Shown: one piece after another, positions 42,340 to 56,113 of the stretch
How the letters are laid out: every line of letters starts with the position of its first letter
Numbering within the stretch: position 1 is the stretch's first letter
Origin: Octopus vulgaris
Taxonomy: Eukaryota
Length of the DNA stretch: 64,000 nt
Direction: 5' to 3'
Assembly (NCBI GenBank): GCA_951406725.2
Contig: OX597832.1
Span: 25,916,001-25,980,000, forward strand
Translations under genes and position numbers: made by a program
Notes under the pieces: generated by a model
Databases searched by the model: none
Told to the model about the DNA's origin: nothing
The model's input: the letters and a program-made list of their open reading frames with translations, nothing else

Positions 42340-42869
42340 ATATAACACTATGTTTGTCAAAATTAATTACAAAGATATAAGTATACATATGTAAATAAAT
42401 AAATTCATGAACCTTATAAATTTAAGACATAAAAATTTAAGGAATAAAGACGGATATGAAGTACGACTGAAAAATACGAATGAAAAATGTGATTAAATCC
42501 GGATAAAAACTACCACGAATAAAAGTACGAAAAAAATTAATAAAGTAATATAGAAAATAAAAGTAGAATGAAAAAGTAAAAATTATGTAAAATTTTTACT
42601 TTACATAATTTTTACATTTTACTTTTTATTTTCTATTTTTATTTTTATTATATTATCTTATTATTTTTCGTACTTTTATTCGTATTTTTTATTCGTAGTT
42701 TTTATCCGATTTTATTCACAATTTTTCAATTCGTATTTTTAGTCGTACCTCATATCGATGTTTATTCCTTAAATTTTTATGTCTTAAATTTATAAGGTTC
42801 ATGAATTTATTTATTTACTTATTTATACTTATATATTTGTAATTAATTTTGACAAACATAGTGATATAT
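42340..42869. repeat. ~530-bp palindrome with 8-nt loop
   Basis: Arms 42340-42591 and 42600-42869 are reverse complements; the outer ~110 bp are nearly perfect. Confidence 0.93.
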
Positions 42870-42900
42870 AAGGAGTAGTTATATTTATAAATGTGGGAAA

Positions 42901-43004
42901 AGTAGACCTGACGATTGGGAGTGCGTAAACATAATGAGTTTTTGAATGAGACTTTATGTCTTAACAATACTGCACGTATCCTCATGAAACACATGTAGTC
43001 CATT
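42901..43004 (+). ncRNA. Type I hammerhead ribozyme, intact core, long stem II
   Basis: AGTAGAC-CTGACGA(42908-42914)-TGGGA.GTGC.GTA.ACATAA/TTATGT.TACTGCAC.TCCTCA-GAAA(42986-42989)-CACAT-GTA(42995-42997)-GTCCATT. Confidence 0.78.
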
Positions 43005-43160
43005 ATATGGAAAATTTGGGGATTATGAATTGAAATAGTAAGTATAATATTTAATATTTTATGGGTTGGTTGAGTTAATACCTTTCAGAGTTGATGAAGT
43101 TGTGGGTGTTTCTATCTCTAACACTATTTTGATAAATATGAATTAATTATTGAGAGTAAT

Positions 43161-43192
<32 letters not shown>

Positions 43193-43199
<7 letters not shown>

Positions 43200-43333
43200 C
43201 AAATAAGAAAATGGAGAAACAAATTTAGTTTGTTCATCAACTTTCGGATATTAGAATGTTAATCCAACATTCTAATATCCGAAAGTTGATGTACAAACTA
43301 AATTTGTTTCTCCATTTTCTTATTTGTATTATA
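43193..43333. repeat. Near-perfect 68-bp-arm hairpin, 5-nt loop AATCC
   Basis: One mismatch between 43193-43260 and 43266-43333; directly follows (TA)n. Confidence 0.95.
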
Positions 43334-43512
43334 AATTTACATTAAAAATATTTCTTTACCTTCACCCGTTTAATACAATAAATGAGTTAATTGCATTGCA
43401 ATTAAAAACATTTATGTATTAAGAATCTGGGTACTTTACCAACAGTATATTCGCTAAATACTATCCCTTAGTGGGTTACACCCATAACCCCTAACTTACT
43501 TTGTCTTATGTA

Positions 43513-43559
<47 letters not shown>

Positions 43560-43830
43560 GCACCTTCGTGTTGGGGGTCATCTTTACTTTGTTATCTCCC
43601 CTAATTTCCTTCTCGTGTGTGACCCTTCTGTCCGAGTCAGACGCCATGATAGATCGTTAGCCACTACACACATTTTTTTTCTCCTTGTTTTTTTCTGTGT
43701 CCCTTTCTGTAGAAGAGCGTAGGCTCGAAATGTAAAAGACTTTTTCAATTCCTGAGCGTTATACTAATACATCTGTTTGTTTTGTACTCCACCTGTCTTC
43801 GTCTTTTGTTTTTTTCATAAACTCTCCCTA
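43560..43830 (+). mobile_element. Short repeat with minimal hammerhead-like motif, ending in (TA)n
   Basis: TTT-CTGTAGA-A-GAGC-GTAG-GCTC-GAAA-TGTA-AAAG at 43704-43738. The 3' part recurs at 55661-55745 (-) and 60217-60345 (+). Confidence 0.7.
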
Positions 43831-43850
43831 TATATATATATATATATACA

Positions 43851-43907
<57 letters not shown>

Positions 43908-44630
43908 CAGATACATACATACATGCATACATACACACACAACTGGCATCCACACATTTTCTGTCTACCGAAATTCACTCACATGACATTGGCTGACACG
44001 TGGGCTGTAGTAGATAACACTTGCGTAGGTTGGCACGCAGAGGAATTGAACGCAAAATCACTTGGTTGTAAAGCGAGCTTCTTAACCACAGACACACCTA
44101 TACCATCACCTATATCTATTTACATTTTTTATTATCATTATTTAGTATTATTTTATTCCGGTTGATTTTGTTTCAAGCTATTTCATTCCCACCTTAATTA
44201 ATTTAGTTCGCTAATGTATTTATTTATTAACGTGACTTCTTTTAATTGAAACGTTCTCCCTTCTCCTGTTCTTAATAACTATTTATTCTTGGCCACACCC
44301 AAACCCCTTCTCACACACGCTTCTACCACCTGCTTCTTTCTCCCCCTGCTCCTTTCTCCCACTGTTCCTTTCTCCTCCTTTCCATTTCCAGCACTTACCA
44401 ATGTTTCTTTTATTTTTTAGTGTGACGCCTTCTACTTTTCCTGACACTCTCTCTCCCTCTTCTTCTGTTGTCTGTCTCTCTCTCTCTCTTCTCTCTCACC
44501 CTCTCCTTCTCTCTCTCCTTCTTCTTCTCTCTCCCTCTTCTTCTTCTGTCTCTCTCTCTTCTTCTCTCTCTCTTCTTCTCTCTCTCTTCTTCTCTCTCTC
44601 TCCTTCTCTTTCTTTTTCTTTTCTTTTCCT

Positions 44631-44932
44631 CTGATTCTCTTCTTCTTTCTCTTTCTTTTCTTTTCCTCTGATTCTCTTCCCTCCCTCTTTTTCTCTCTTT
44701 CTTTTCTTTTCCTCTGATTCTCTTCCCTCCCTCTTTTTCTCTCTTTCTTTTCTTTTCCTCTGATTCTCTTCCCTCCCTCTTTTTCTCTCTTTCTTTTCTT
44801 TTCCTCTGATTCTCTTCCCTCCCTCTTTTTCTCTCTTTCTTTTCTTTTCCTCTGATTCTCTTCCCTCCCTCTTTTTCTCTCTTTCTCTTCTTTTCCTCTG
44901 ATTCTCTTCCCTCCCTCTTTTTCTCTCTTTCT
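44631..44932. repeat. 46-bp pyrimidine-rich minisatellite, 6 copies plus one short copy
   Basis: CTGATTCTCTTCCCTCCCTC... starts at 44668, 44714, 44760, 44806, 44852 and 44898. Confidence 0.95.
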
Positions 44933-45737
44933 CTCTATCTTTTTATACCTCTCATTCTTTCTCTCCTCTTTTCTTTCCCTTCCCTCCTCTTTGTTTTCCT
45001 CTCTTCACTCACACTATAATTCCATAAGTTATAGTGCCATCCTTTCTGTAAAACCATTTCCTTACAAATAAATAAACTCTTTCCAGAATCTCACACACCC
45101 CTCCTCACAAATCCGCTTTTGTTTTGCCTCTAATTTTCTATCTCTCTCACTCTCTTTTTTCCTCAGTCTCTCTTCTCCCTCTTTTTTTTCGGTCTCCCTT
45201 TCATTCCTCTCTTTCTCAGTCTCTCTCCCTCTCTTTCTCAGTCTCTCTATCTCCCCCTGTCTTTCTCTGTTTCTCTCTTTCTCTGACCCTCTCTTTCTCT
45301 GTCTCTCCCTAACTCTCCTCTAACTTTCTCGCCTCTCTTTCTCTTTGACCCTCTCTCTTTCTCTCGCTCCATCCCTTTTCTCTGTCTCTTACCTCTCTGT
45401 CTCTGTTTCTCATTTTCATTCTTTTGCCTCTCTCTCTCCCTCTCCCTCAGTCTCGCATTCTCACTTCTCTCTCTCTCCCTCTGCATTCCTCTCTCTCGCT
45501 CCCTCCTTCACTCTCTCCCTCTCCCTTTCAACTCACTTTTATTTCCTCAGCCTGTCTTAAATTTTCTTCTCCTCTGCCTCATATAAACACATTCTCCCTT
45601 GACATTAAAATTTTTCATATCATTTACAATACACTGAGATACAGGCCAATGTCACTCTTCTTCTACATCCCGTTGTGCATCTACATTCATTATATTTCAT
45701 TTCTTACATATACATACTTACATATATATACATATAT

Positions 45738-45812
<75 letters not shown>

Positions 45813-46027
45813 TACACATATTCACACATATATTCATACATATATATATATATACACATATATATAGATATATATATTATATATGTATATATATATATGT
45901 ATATATATATATGTATATAAATGCATATACAATATATATATGTATATATACATATATATATGTATATATATATATATACATATATAAACATATATATATG
46001 TATATATACATATATATACATATATAC

Positions 46028-46127
<100 letters not shown>

Positions 46128-46466
46128 TTCCCTCTTTCGTTCATTTCCTCTTTAACTTGTTCTCTATTCTCTCACTGTGACATTTCACTTATGTCACAAG
46201 ATCCTGTTTATCTTCCATTATTATATATCTAAATGTTACAATATAAAGAAGCGCTTTGACCATATTTTTTAGAATGTTATATAAACTTATAAGTTATTGT
46301 TTTATTTTAATGAAAACGAAATGCTGCTTCAAAGAGAAAAAATATGACATACGAAACCCTGAGATTCTTTTTTAATTGTTGCTACTATACTCAAAAGAAT
46401 TATACATAGAATACATTTCTCATATGCTTGTTTAATCGGAAACATATATGCCTATATTAAATAGAT

Positions 46467-46680
46467 AAGTGGTTGCTGAAAAGTTCCTGGCTTTAAGGAT
46501 ATCGTGAAACGCCTGGTTGGAGGCCCAATCTTCAGAGTTCTTTTACAGGGCTTAGAAAAACTAAAGAACCGCTGCAATAATTGTATGGATCTTAGAGGGG
46601 AACGTGTTGAATAAAATCATAATTAATTGATCCTGTATTTTCTTTTACCCAGAGTCAGGACCTTTTCAGCACCCCCTGGT
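46467..46680 (+). mobile_element. Mariner-derived MITE
   Basis: TIRs GGTTGCTGAAAAGTTCCTGGCT / AGTCAGGACCTTTTCAGCACCC. It retains the transposase end GLEKLKNRCNNCMDLRGERVE*. Confidence 0.85.
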
Positions 46681-46811
46681 GTGAGCAAGTAAAAATCATT
46701 TATAACAAATACCATTATAAGGAATTTTTCAATCGAGTAATATTCGTTTCAAACCCGGGGCAGAATCCAGACGAAACAACGCCAAAATACTTTCATTATA
46801 TAGAACTTCTC

Positions 46812-47760
46812 AAGGCGGTGAGCTGGCAGAAACGTTAGCACGCCGGGCGAAATGCTTAGCGGTATTTCGTTTACTGCTACGTTCTTGGTCGAAATTCCTT
46901 TCGGGGTCGATTAAATAAGTATCAGTTACGCACTGGGGTTGATATAATCGACTTAATCCGTTCGTCTGTCCTCTCTGTGTGTAGCCCCTTGTGTGTAGTA
47001 AAGAAATAGATATTTCGTCAGCCGCTACATTCTAAGTTCAAATTCCTCCGGTGTCGACTTTGCCTTTCATCCTTTGGGGGTCAATTAATTAAGTACCAGT
47101 TACGCAATGGGGTTGATGTAATCGACTAGTCCCCTCCCACAAAATTTCAGGCCTTTTGTCAGTAGTAGAAAGGATTATATTGAAATTCTTTACAATATAT
47201 ATTTAAGTAGAACGAAATGAAATTGAAACCCCAGCCGCCAGTATTCGTAGCTACAACAAAAAAAAACATATCTAAATATATTTTCAGACAACTGTCGTGT
47301 TTTGTCAGACATGCAGACGATACAAAAACAGGCAGGACATTTTTGATGAACCTAATTTTAGCCAAAAGTTCGTTCACTCAAGTTGCTTGCTATGATAGTG
47401 TTCTCGTCTGGGACTGCTGCAACCAACAATTTGAGGGGAAGGGTTAAGTTCGATTATATTAATACTAGTATTCAAATGCTGCTTATTTCATCGACCCTGA
47501 AATTCTGAAAGGCAAAATCGACCGCGGCGTAATTTGAACTCAGAACGTAAAGACGGATGAAATACTGCTAAGATTATTGCCAGGCACTCTCCTATATCGA
47601 TTTCAAATTTTGGCACAAGGCCAGCAATTTCGGGGAGGTGGTAGGTCGATTATATCGACCCCAGTACTCAACTGGTACTTATTTTATCGACCCCGAAACG
47701 ATGAATGACAAAGTCGACTTCAGCTGAATTTGAACTCAGCACGTAAAGACGGACGAAATT
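46812..47760. mobile_element. SINE family A cluster: dimer (+, 46812-47176) and two minus copies (~47420-47590, ~47600-47760)
   Basis: Family A body motif present in each; dimer junction at ~47008. Confidence 0.85.
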
Positions 47761-47859
47761 ATATATGCGTACATTAATGGCAAAGGATTTGGATAGGGAG
47801 AGAGATTTTGAGGTTGGCCAAGCTGAAAGCATGAGAGGAGCGCTTAATGTTTTATAGAC

Positions 47860-48170
47860 GTACATTTGAGGGTCTCGATATGAAAGCTAACACTAATATC
47901 ATAGGTGGAATCACAAATTGGATTTCTGCTGCTTTTTGGCAAATTCTGTCAATCATCCTAAAGAGTCCATTTGTTAAGCTTGTTGAGAACATTTCTCAAA
48001 AATACCGCACGAGAAGAAAAAAACTAAATCTTTTTATCACTGAACAGAGATTTTACAACCTACTGATGCAATTGGTCAGTTCCCACTTTACACTAAGTGG
48101 ACTGGCCAAAGTACAAAGCAAAATTGTAGAAACATCGTCAATAGATATCAAAATATGCACTTGAAAGATT
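47860..48170 (+). pseudogene. Possible decayed RTE-type RT fragment
   Basis: Frameshifted ESQIGF / ISQKYRTRRKKLNLFITEQRF resembles QxGF...QEKYR..K.L.L.F.D.EKAFD. Confidence 0.35.
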
Positions 48171-48608
48171 ATTGTAGCTTCTCACAATATTACAGAAATG
48201 GTGCGTGGTTTTATGAACGTGTCATATTCGCTTCCGGAAATGACGTTGGACGAGATAGTAATGGCGCCATCATTCCATATATATCAACTCCAGTCATTTT
48301 ATAATTGAATTGAATAACTTTCCGATCCCATACACGCTTCTCTTCAGCTCGCTCTTTGCCACATGTATATATGTGTGTATATATATATGTACAATTATAT
48401 ATATGTAGATAGAGAGAGAGGTAGAGAGAGAGAGAGAGATGTGTGTGTATGTATGTATGAATGTTTATATATATATCATATTACAAACGCACGCGCGCAT
48501 TTATATATATATATATTGTATGTGTGTATATATATACATATATATATATATATATACAAAAATATATATATATATAGGTATATATATTCTTATACATATA
48601 TATATGTA

Positions 48609-48661
<53 letters not shown>

Positions 48662-49227
48662 AAATGTATATATTAAATTTATAATAAATATGTACACATA
48701 ATCAAACGTATTTGTAAAATTATAATATATATGTAAATACATTGCGTATATACATATACAAACCGATAGATGTGTGTGTCCGCGTACGTGTATGGGTATG
48801 CGTATACATACAGAGTCTACCCTTATTGAACTGAATAATAATAAGCTTATAAAATTACTTTTAATTAATACTATGTAAATGAAGTTTATAAATACACACA
48901 TTTTCATTTCGATAATTTGCATAATCTAACGTTCCAACAATGCAGGATATTTTTCATTTAAGCCGAAATATCTTTCTTATTATCCAGTGTCGGTCTGACC
49001 AAAATGGTGGACAGAGCTTCTAAATAATACACCAACCACGAGTACAATAACTAGTGAACAGTTTCTTCGTGTAAGATATTATTGGATGTAAACAAACCTA
49101 CAACAATTGTCAAGCAGTAGAAGGACAAACACAAAGACAGACAGACACACACACACACACACACACACCCGCGCGCATGCGTTTATATTTATGAGTATTT
49201 GTGTATAATACAACGGGTTTCCTTCTA

Positions 49228-49463
49228 TTTCTTATTTTTTATTGCCCACAAGAGGCTAAACACAGAGAGGACAAACAAGGACAGACAAACGGATTAAGCC
49301 GATTACATCGATCCCAGTGCGTAACTGGTACTTAATTTATCGACCCCGCAAGGATGAAAGGCAAAGTCGACCTCGGCGGAATTTGAATTCAGAACGTAAC
49401 GGCAGACGAAATACCGCCAAGCATTTCGCCCGGCGTGCTAACGTTTCTGCCAGCTCGCCGCCT
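49228..49463 (-). mobile_element. SINE family A nested in an older family B copy
   Basis: CCTTCTATTT(CT) is repeated on both sides. The flanks continue the family B reverse complement (...CTGTCTACCA). Confidence 0.88.
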
Positions 49464-49901
49464 TCTATTTCCTTCTATTTCTGTCTACCATATTCATTCA
49501 CACAACGCTGATCGGTCCAAAGCTATAATAGAAGACACTTGCACAAGGTATTGTGCAGTGGAACTGAATCTATAACGGAGCCGTTTTGCAATGAAGAATC
49601 AAAATTTGCTGTGTTCAAATCAGAGACTTAAATTAAAGTCTTTCACAGTCAAACACGTTCACAGCCATCTGGTAGCCATTGGCAATGGTAAGCCGAGACA
49701 CATAAATCAGCTGCCATCTTAACATTTTTATCACTGATTGAAGCTCAATTTCTGGTCGAGGTTTTGCGGTAATAACATTAATAGGCTTTGGTCTTGAGCT
49801 ATACTCCCACACACAAACACAAACTGCAAGCGTGCGCACGTACAAACACACACAAGCACACACACACACACACACATACACACACACACACACACACACA
49901 T

Positions 49902-49932
<31 letters not shown>

Positions 49933-50159
49933 AACACACACACAAGAAGAAATCAGAAACGTTTCACTCAAATATTTGAGATCATTTACAAAATGTTTGT
50001 TCGACGTCCTAACCAGTGATTTTGGAATTACAATGTGGTTGTTGAGACGAGAGTTTAGATAAAGGTTGGTTGATTGGTTTTGTTTTGTTTGGAGAGGTCT
50101 GCGAGGTCGGGTTGGGTCAGTTATGTTGTGTGATCCACGAGACAACATTTCCTAAGCAT

Positions 50160-51300
50160 TAACAGCTGACTTTTATATTATTTTCTATTAAAAACGTTTG
50201 GAGTTTTTTGATGGGAAAATGTTTAGCTAAAATAATGAAGTTGTAGCTTAGGTGTATATTTTTATATATCCTATATGGTAGGTTAAACCATATGATAATC
50301 ATCTTTCCGTAACTGCTTTTTTTGTAAGGATGTTCTTTATAAGATCTTTTCCTGTCCAGACAGCCTTCTAATTGTGCAACATATTGGTGCTGCATTGTAA
50401 TGCATTGAAAATATCTCTGCTGTTCGATACTCATTTACATATTCTGTATATTATTAGTTTATAATAGCAGATGTCGTTAGAATTTTATTTATATACGTGG
50501 TGGTCTCATTTAGATGTAGATTACGGTGGTGCTTGTCTGTGATGGGATTTAAGAAATTAATAATAGTTCTAAGGTCAGTGTAGCTGTGTGTCTGAGGCCA
50601 TGCACCATAAAATTCTATTTGTTGCTTTCTAAATTTGTCCATATCGTAGTACACGGTGAGGCTATCATCTCTATGTAACCCGAATATGTAGAAACTTGTA
50701 CGTTTCTTAATATTATGGAGAATAAGGACGTTTACTAGTTCACAGCCATCAAATTCATCCAACTCCCCACCGAGACGTCAAATATAGGATCACGTTTCCA
50801 ATTTTTTGTTGACTCAGTAGGAATTGTCGTAAAACATACGTGATTCCCTTTTGTTCATAATAATATTGATAGTAATATCATTGAATGTGATGTATTCTTC
50901 CTCAAATTCCATGGTTTTCGGGAGTAGATATTTTAACATTGAAGGATAGTATTCTATTATGTTCCGTTAGACAGATAATTCATTTTGTGCTTTATCATCT
51001 ATAATCTTATACCACCGAATATCTAGAATACCATTATTTCATTGTGCTAATTTAGTAATCTAGTAAAATTTCTAATGTTTAGACTAATGGAGTCTAATAT
51101 TCTTTCCAAATAACCTCAGATCATTGTTGTAAGGCTTGGTTAGATTAATTTCAGAAGTATAGGAAATTCTGAAATTCGAAAGTCTCTTGTGGTCTTTAAG
51201 CATGATGTAAAGTGTTTATATAGCAAGGTACCCAAACGGTTTTATATTTAATTGTAAGGATTGTGCATTTGCTGCCATACTTATAATGTATTGCACTGAG
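50160..51300 (-). pseudogene. Decayed Penelope-like element reverse transcriptase
   Basis: Motifs in order: LKDHK, FDVSVG/FDGCELV, GLHRDDSL (GLYRDDGL type), INFL, IIWFNLPY..KHFP..NNIKVS. These are typical of PLE RTs of aquatic invertebrates; frameshifted. Confidence 0.85.
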
Positions 51301-51389
51301 AATTGTTCTCGTCCGAAATTTGATGGCATTACTCGGAAAAACGTCTGATGCGTGTTGCGACATCTACAATATCGTTTATCTTTCAGCAT

Positions 51390-51810
51390 TTATTCATGTC
51401 GGTCATTGGACAGCGTCCATGCTAGCGGCGGGTGGGGGACCTTGCCCTGAAAGGTTTTGCAGGACAAATTGACACCAGTACATTTTTATCGAACTTTTTT
51501 ACTGAAGCGCTAATCACTGTGACATAAATAAACCAACAACGTTTGAGAAGCGGTGGTGGGTTGAAACACAGACGCGTATGTATATATATATATATAGAGA
51601 GAGAGGGGGGGGAGACGAAAATAAAAAAATCAACAGGGCTTCCGCACTGTTTCCGTCTACCAAATTCTCTCACAAGGGATGGCATTCATCAGACTGGGTC
51701 TAAAGTAGAAGACACTTATGTCAGTTGTTTCCCAGTGGGACCGAAACCGAAACCACAGAGTTACGAAAAACAGCGAACTTCTTAACCACACAATCATAAC
51801 AGCGCCTGTT
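51390..51810 (-). mobile_element. SINE family B, degraded
   Basis: TTTCCGTCTACCAAATT..GTAGAAGACACTT is the reverse-complement motif. Confidence 0.75.
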
Positions 51811-52222
51811 GTAAGTTAATTTATTTTCACTTATCTACGAATAAATGGTTTTAGGTAATTCCACGAACTATATCAGGTGGTTCCACACAAGTGTCTTATG
51901 ATGTTGGAATGACAAGATTATGAGATAAACAAATAATAAGACAGGGGAATCTACTTCAAACTTTGGAATCTTCATTATTCTGGGAATAAGATATGCACAG
52001 CTAGTTAAAATGGTTCGCACTCCACCCTTGCAATATCCGGGATCCTGTCTTCTATTTTGGCAAATTATCTATAATCTATATGAAAAACCATTAAGAAAAT
52101 CCTTATGGAATTTTTAATGGCGTTCTTACCAGAAAGGGAAAGGAGGGACCCCAAAGACCGGTCTTCTACAAACATTTAAAATTGATGCAATTTTAAATGC
52201 ATTCATGCATACATATATACAT

Positions 52223-52366
<144 letters not shown>

Positions 52367-52410
52367 CTGATATATATACATATTTACATATACATATAGA
52401 GACATATATA

Positions 52411-52904
52411 CGTGGGTGAGTCAAAAAGTAATGCCATTTTGTTTAGGACAGGTATAATTACCACCACAGGAACATGTATCATACATCAAAATGTAGCTGG
52501 TCCTCTGTGTATCACATCCCTACTTCTCAACATAGTCACCGTTTATCTCAATAGCAATGTTCCACCTTCGAATGAGAGCATGTATCCCTGTCCTCTAAAA
52601 TTCTGTTGACTGTTCTTTGAGCCACTTCTTCACTACCTCCACACTCACCAGATTTAGCGCTTTCAGACTATCAGCTCTTCTGCGCCACAAAAAATTGTTT
52701 GAGAGGCAAACATTATTCCCGTGACGAGGAAGTGAAAACTGTAGTGAGGAAGTGGCTCAAAGAACAGTCAACAGAATATTAAGGGGAAGGGATACCTCCT
52801 CTCATTCGAAGGTGGAACATTGCTATTGAGAGAAACGGTAACTATGTTAAGAACATGGATGTGATCCACAAAGGACCAGCTTCAATTTGATTTATGATAC
52901 ATGT
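52411..52904. mobile_element. Mariner fold-back derivative made of two inverted 3' ends
   Basis: TA-CGTGGGTGAGTCAAAAAGTAATGCC TIR. Arms 52472-52636 and 52741-52904. Plus frame SPDLALSDYQLF..LRGKHY..EVKTVVRKWL..RNGNYV. Confidence 0.88.
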
Positions 52905-53431
52905 ATCATATATTTGATGTATGATACATATAGTCTTTCAATAGTAGATGATTCTTGGCTTTTAGAAATGGCAAACCAAGCAAACCCTATTGAAAGACTG
53001 ACCAGCTGCAAAGATATCAACCCATATTTTCTTCTTTCTCTCCTTCTTCCTTTCCTTCCCTTTTCCATTAACACTCTTTCACATACAAAAGTGCGCGCGC
53101 TCACTTTCTCCCCATTCCTCACCCTCTTGTACTATCTTATATCTCTCTCCACCCCTTCACACTCAATAATACTATAAAAAGAGACAAAATTCCTGAAAAA
53201 AGTTCAATGTGACGACTCCACTAGAGTGGACGCAAGCGTTAATATATGATTTATAAAAACATGTGACATATTGATAAATATCTGTAAATATAAAACCATC
53301 AAGATTTCTGACTACCTTATTTCTTCATATATATAATACCTACTAATATACATACATATGTATGCATACATATATATATATATATATATGTTTATAAACA
53401 TATATATTTATTTATATGTATATTTATATAT

Positions 53432-53478
<47 letters not shown>

Positions 53479-53739
53479 ACAGTTGTTATATTCTCTTCCA
53501 TATCGGCTAACTCTGATGAACGTAAAGTTATGTAATCGGTTTGTTACCTAACACTCCATTGGTAACACTTCGATTAGTAAGATCAGCCATGATGGGTATT
53601 TAATACTATACATTTCAGATAATATATATATATACAGGTACAAAGGAAAGTGTACATCAATGTAAAATTCATTAACTATATACATATATATAGGGTTTTA
53701 TATATTGACGTATAGCTGTGGAAATATAATTATATATAG

Positions 53740-53797
<58 letters not shown>

Positions 53798-53999
53798 CAC
53801 TCTTGGTCGCGTTAACAAAGGGATGTGGGTTCGTTTCCACGCGGATGGGAAAGTCTTCTTTTTTCTGTCCAGGACGCATATGCCCCGTTGTCATTGCACG
53901 GTGATCGCCTAAAGCTTTCAACTTATATAAAAAATACCATTATTATTACTTGCAGGATGGTAAAATACAGCACCATATAACAAAGCCATTCGCACCAAA

Positions 54000-55415
54000 A
54001 GCATGTATGTATAAGCAAAAATGCTAGATCTTACGTTTTTGTGGCAGCCACTCTCTATAATACAGAGGAGAAAGCGGAGATACTGAAAATGTCAAAGACA
54101 GCGGAGGTCAACTGGTGGGGAAATAGCCTGGAAGTGATGGTATATATCAGCCTACCTGACATCCATGAAATTGTGGAAGAGATAATCCTACCCGACGAAA
54201 GCAGATTGAGAATCATGGTGGAAGGTAGACCTCTAATATGTTTCGAATGTGGAGTAATAAAGGCGAGGTGTCCCCAGAAACAGGAACAGGAGGTGGTGGA
54301 AGAGAAATGCCAGGAATAAGCAAATGTAATAATAGAGAAAGGAACAAGAGTTCACTGAGGCATAGTGGGGAGGAAATGGTGAATCCCCTCCGGAAAAGAA
54401 AAGAAAAGCAGAGAAAAATTTTTAAAAAATAAATGAAGGCGTAGGAGTGGCTGTGTGGTAAGTAGCTTGCTTAACAGCCACATGGTTCCGGGTTCAGTCC
54501 CAGTGCGTGGCACCTTGGGCAAGTGTCTTCTGCTAAAGCCCCGGCCGACCAATGCCTTGTGAGTGGATTTGGTAGACGGAAACTGAAAGAAGCCCGTCGT
54601 ATATATGTATATATGTATGTGTTGTGTGTATATGTTTGTGTGTCTGTGTTTGTCCCCCTAGCATTACATGATAACCGATGCTGGTGTGTTTACGTCCTCG
54701 TCACTTAGCGGTTCGGCAAAAGAGACCGATAGAATAAATAGAATAAGTACTGGGCTTACAAAGAATAAGTCCCGGGGTCGATTTGCTCGACTAAAGGCGG
54801 TGCTCCAGCATGGCCGCAGTCAAATGACTGAAACAAGTAAAAGAGTAAAGGAGTAAAGAGTAAAGAGAAGCAACGGGAGATCGAACACAGGAACCGGAGC
54901 TTTCAACAAGTAAGGAAGAGGAGGGACGGAAGGAACTGGAAGACGAGCAACAGAGTGAAATAGAGATGTCAGCACTAACGACAGAAAATGAAGAGAGAAG
55001 ACCAACTAAAAGAAAAAAAAAACGAAAGATGGTGACGTATGAGAAAAGTGTAGAAACGGAAAAGCGAATTGCAAGAATGAAAGGCGAATTATAAGAGCGA
55101 GAATGGCGGAAGGAGACGTAAAAGCAGTGTTGCTACAGGACGAAAGGGGAGTTAGACTGATGAAGTAGAATTAGCACACCGTTCCGATTTCGATTCGAGG
55201 AATTACCACCTGTGGTACAATGTGGAGAGATAATGACTTTTGTGTTATAAATACGATATAAAATGGAACATTCTACTTTGGGAAATGGGAAGCCGTTTCA
55301 TTATCATATATTTTTCACACCTCATAATTCATTCGTAAATCATTCTATGTACCCCACGTTTTTTGTCCTTGTAATGTCGTTTCTATACAAGGCTTTATGC
55401 TTATAATAAATAATT
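54000..55415 (+). mobile_element. Decayed Tx1/L1-like LINE ORF1 with zinc-knuckle remnant, interrupted by SINE family B (54436-54865)
   Basis: IILPDESRLRIMVEGRPLICFECG-VIKARCPQ is a CCHC knuckle with the His segment lost. Purine-rich sequence continues after the SINE, with a 3' AATAAA-like end near 55410. Confidence 0.65.
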
Positions 55416-55745
55416 AGAAAACGGTGATTGTCACACGCAGATGTCACACGCAGAAACTCGGGTCCGTGTGTATCACGTCAGGTTGGAGATGGAAAGGATG
55501 GCTTCCCTTTGCAAATACTGATAGGGCACAGAAAATGTGTCAATAGCCAGCTGGAGGAGGTGTCTTCCTGGGGCTACAAGCTACAGTAGCATCCACCTTT
55601 AAGGGTTAGCCACATTTAAGTGGCAAATATACTTCACGATTATATATATATATATATATATAGGGAGAGTTTACGAAAAAAACAAAAGACGAAGACAGGT
55701 GGTGTACAAAACAAACAGATGTATTAGTATAACGCTCAGGAATAG

Positions 55746-55776
<31 letters not shown>

Positions 55777-56008
55777 TATGTGGTGGTCGTCTACTCCTTA
55801 TGCAGAATTTGACCACCTCCTGTAACTACACCTTAGAACCATCATGGCATCTGATGTAGGGGTTTTTAATTTGCTTCCATGTGCATCTGTAAACTCATCT
55901 GTTATTATTCAGTTATTTCTATACATATATCTGTTTACATATTTATTGGCTGGTTTTGAAAGGACACCCACATAGATTGCATATCTGATTTGAACCACAT
56001 ACGTACGT

Positions 56009-56046
<38 letters not shown>

Positions 56047-56062
56047 GTGTGAGTGGGTGAGT

Positions 56063-56113
<51 letters not shown>

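Noticed and set aside
44631-44932. Regularly spaced repeats as a CRISPR-like array
   Set aside because: Contiguous tandem units with no unique spacers, in a eukaryotic context with no cas genes.
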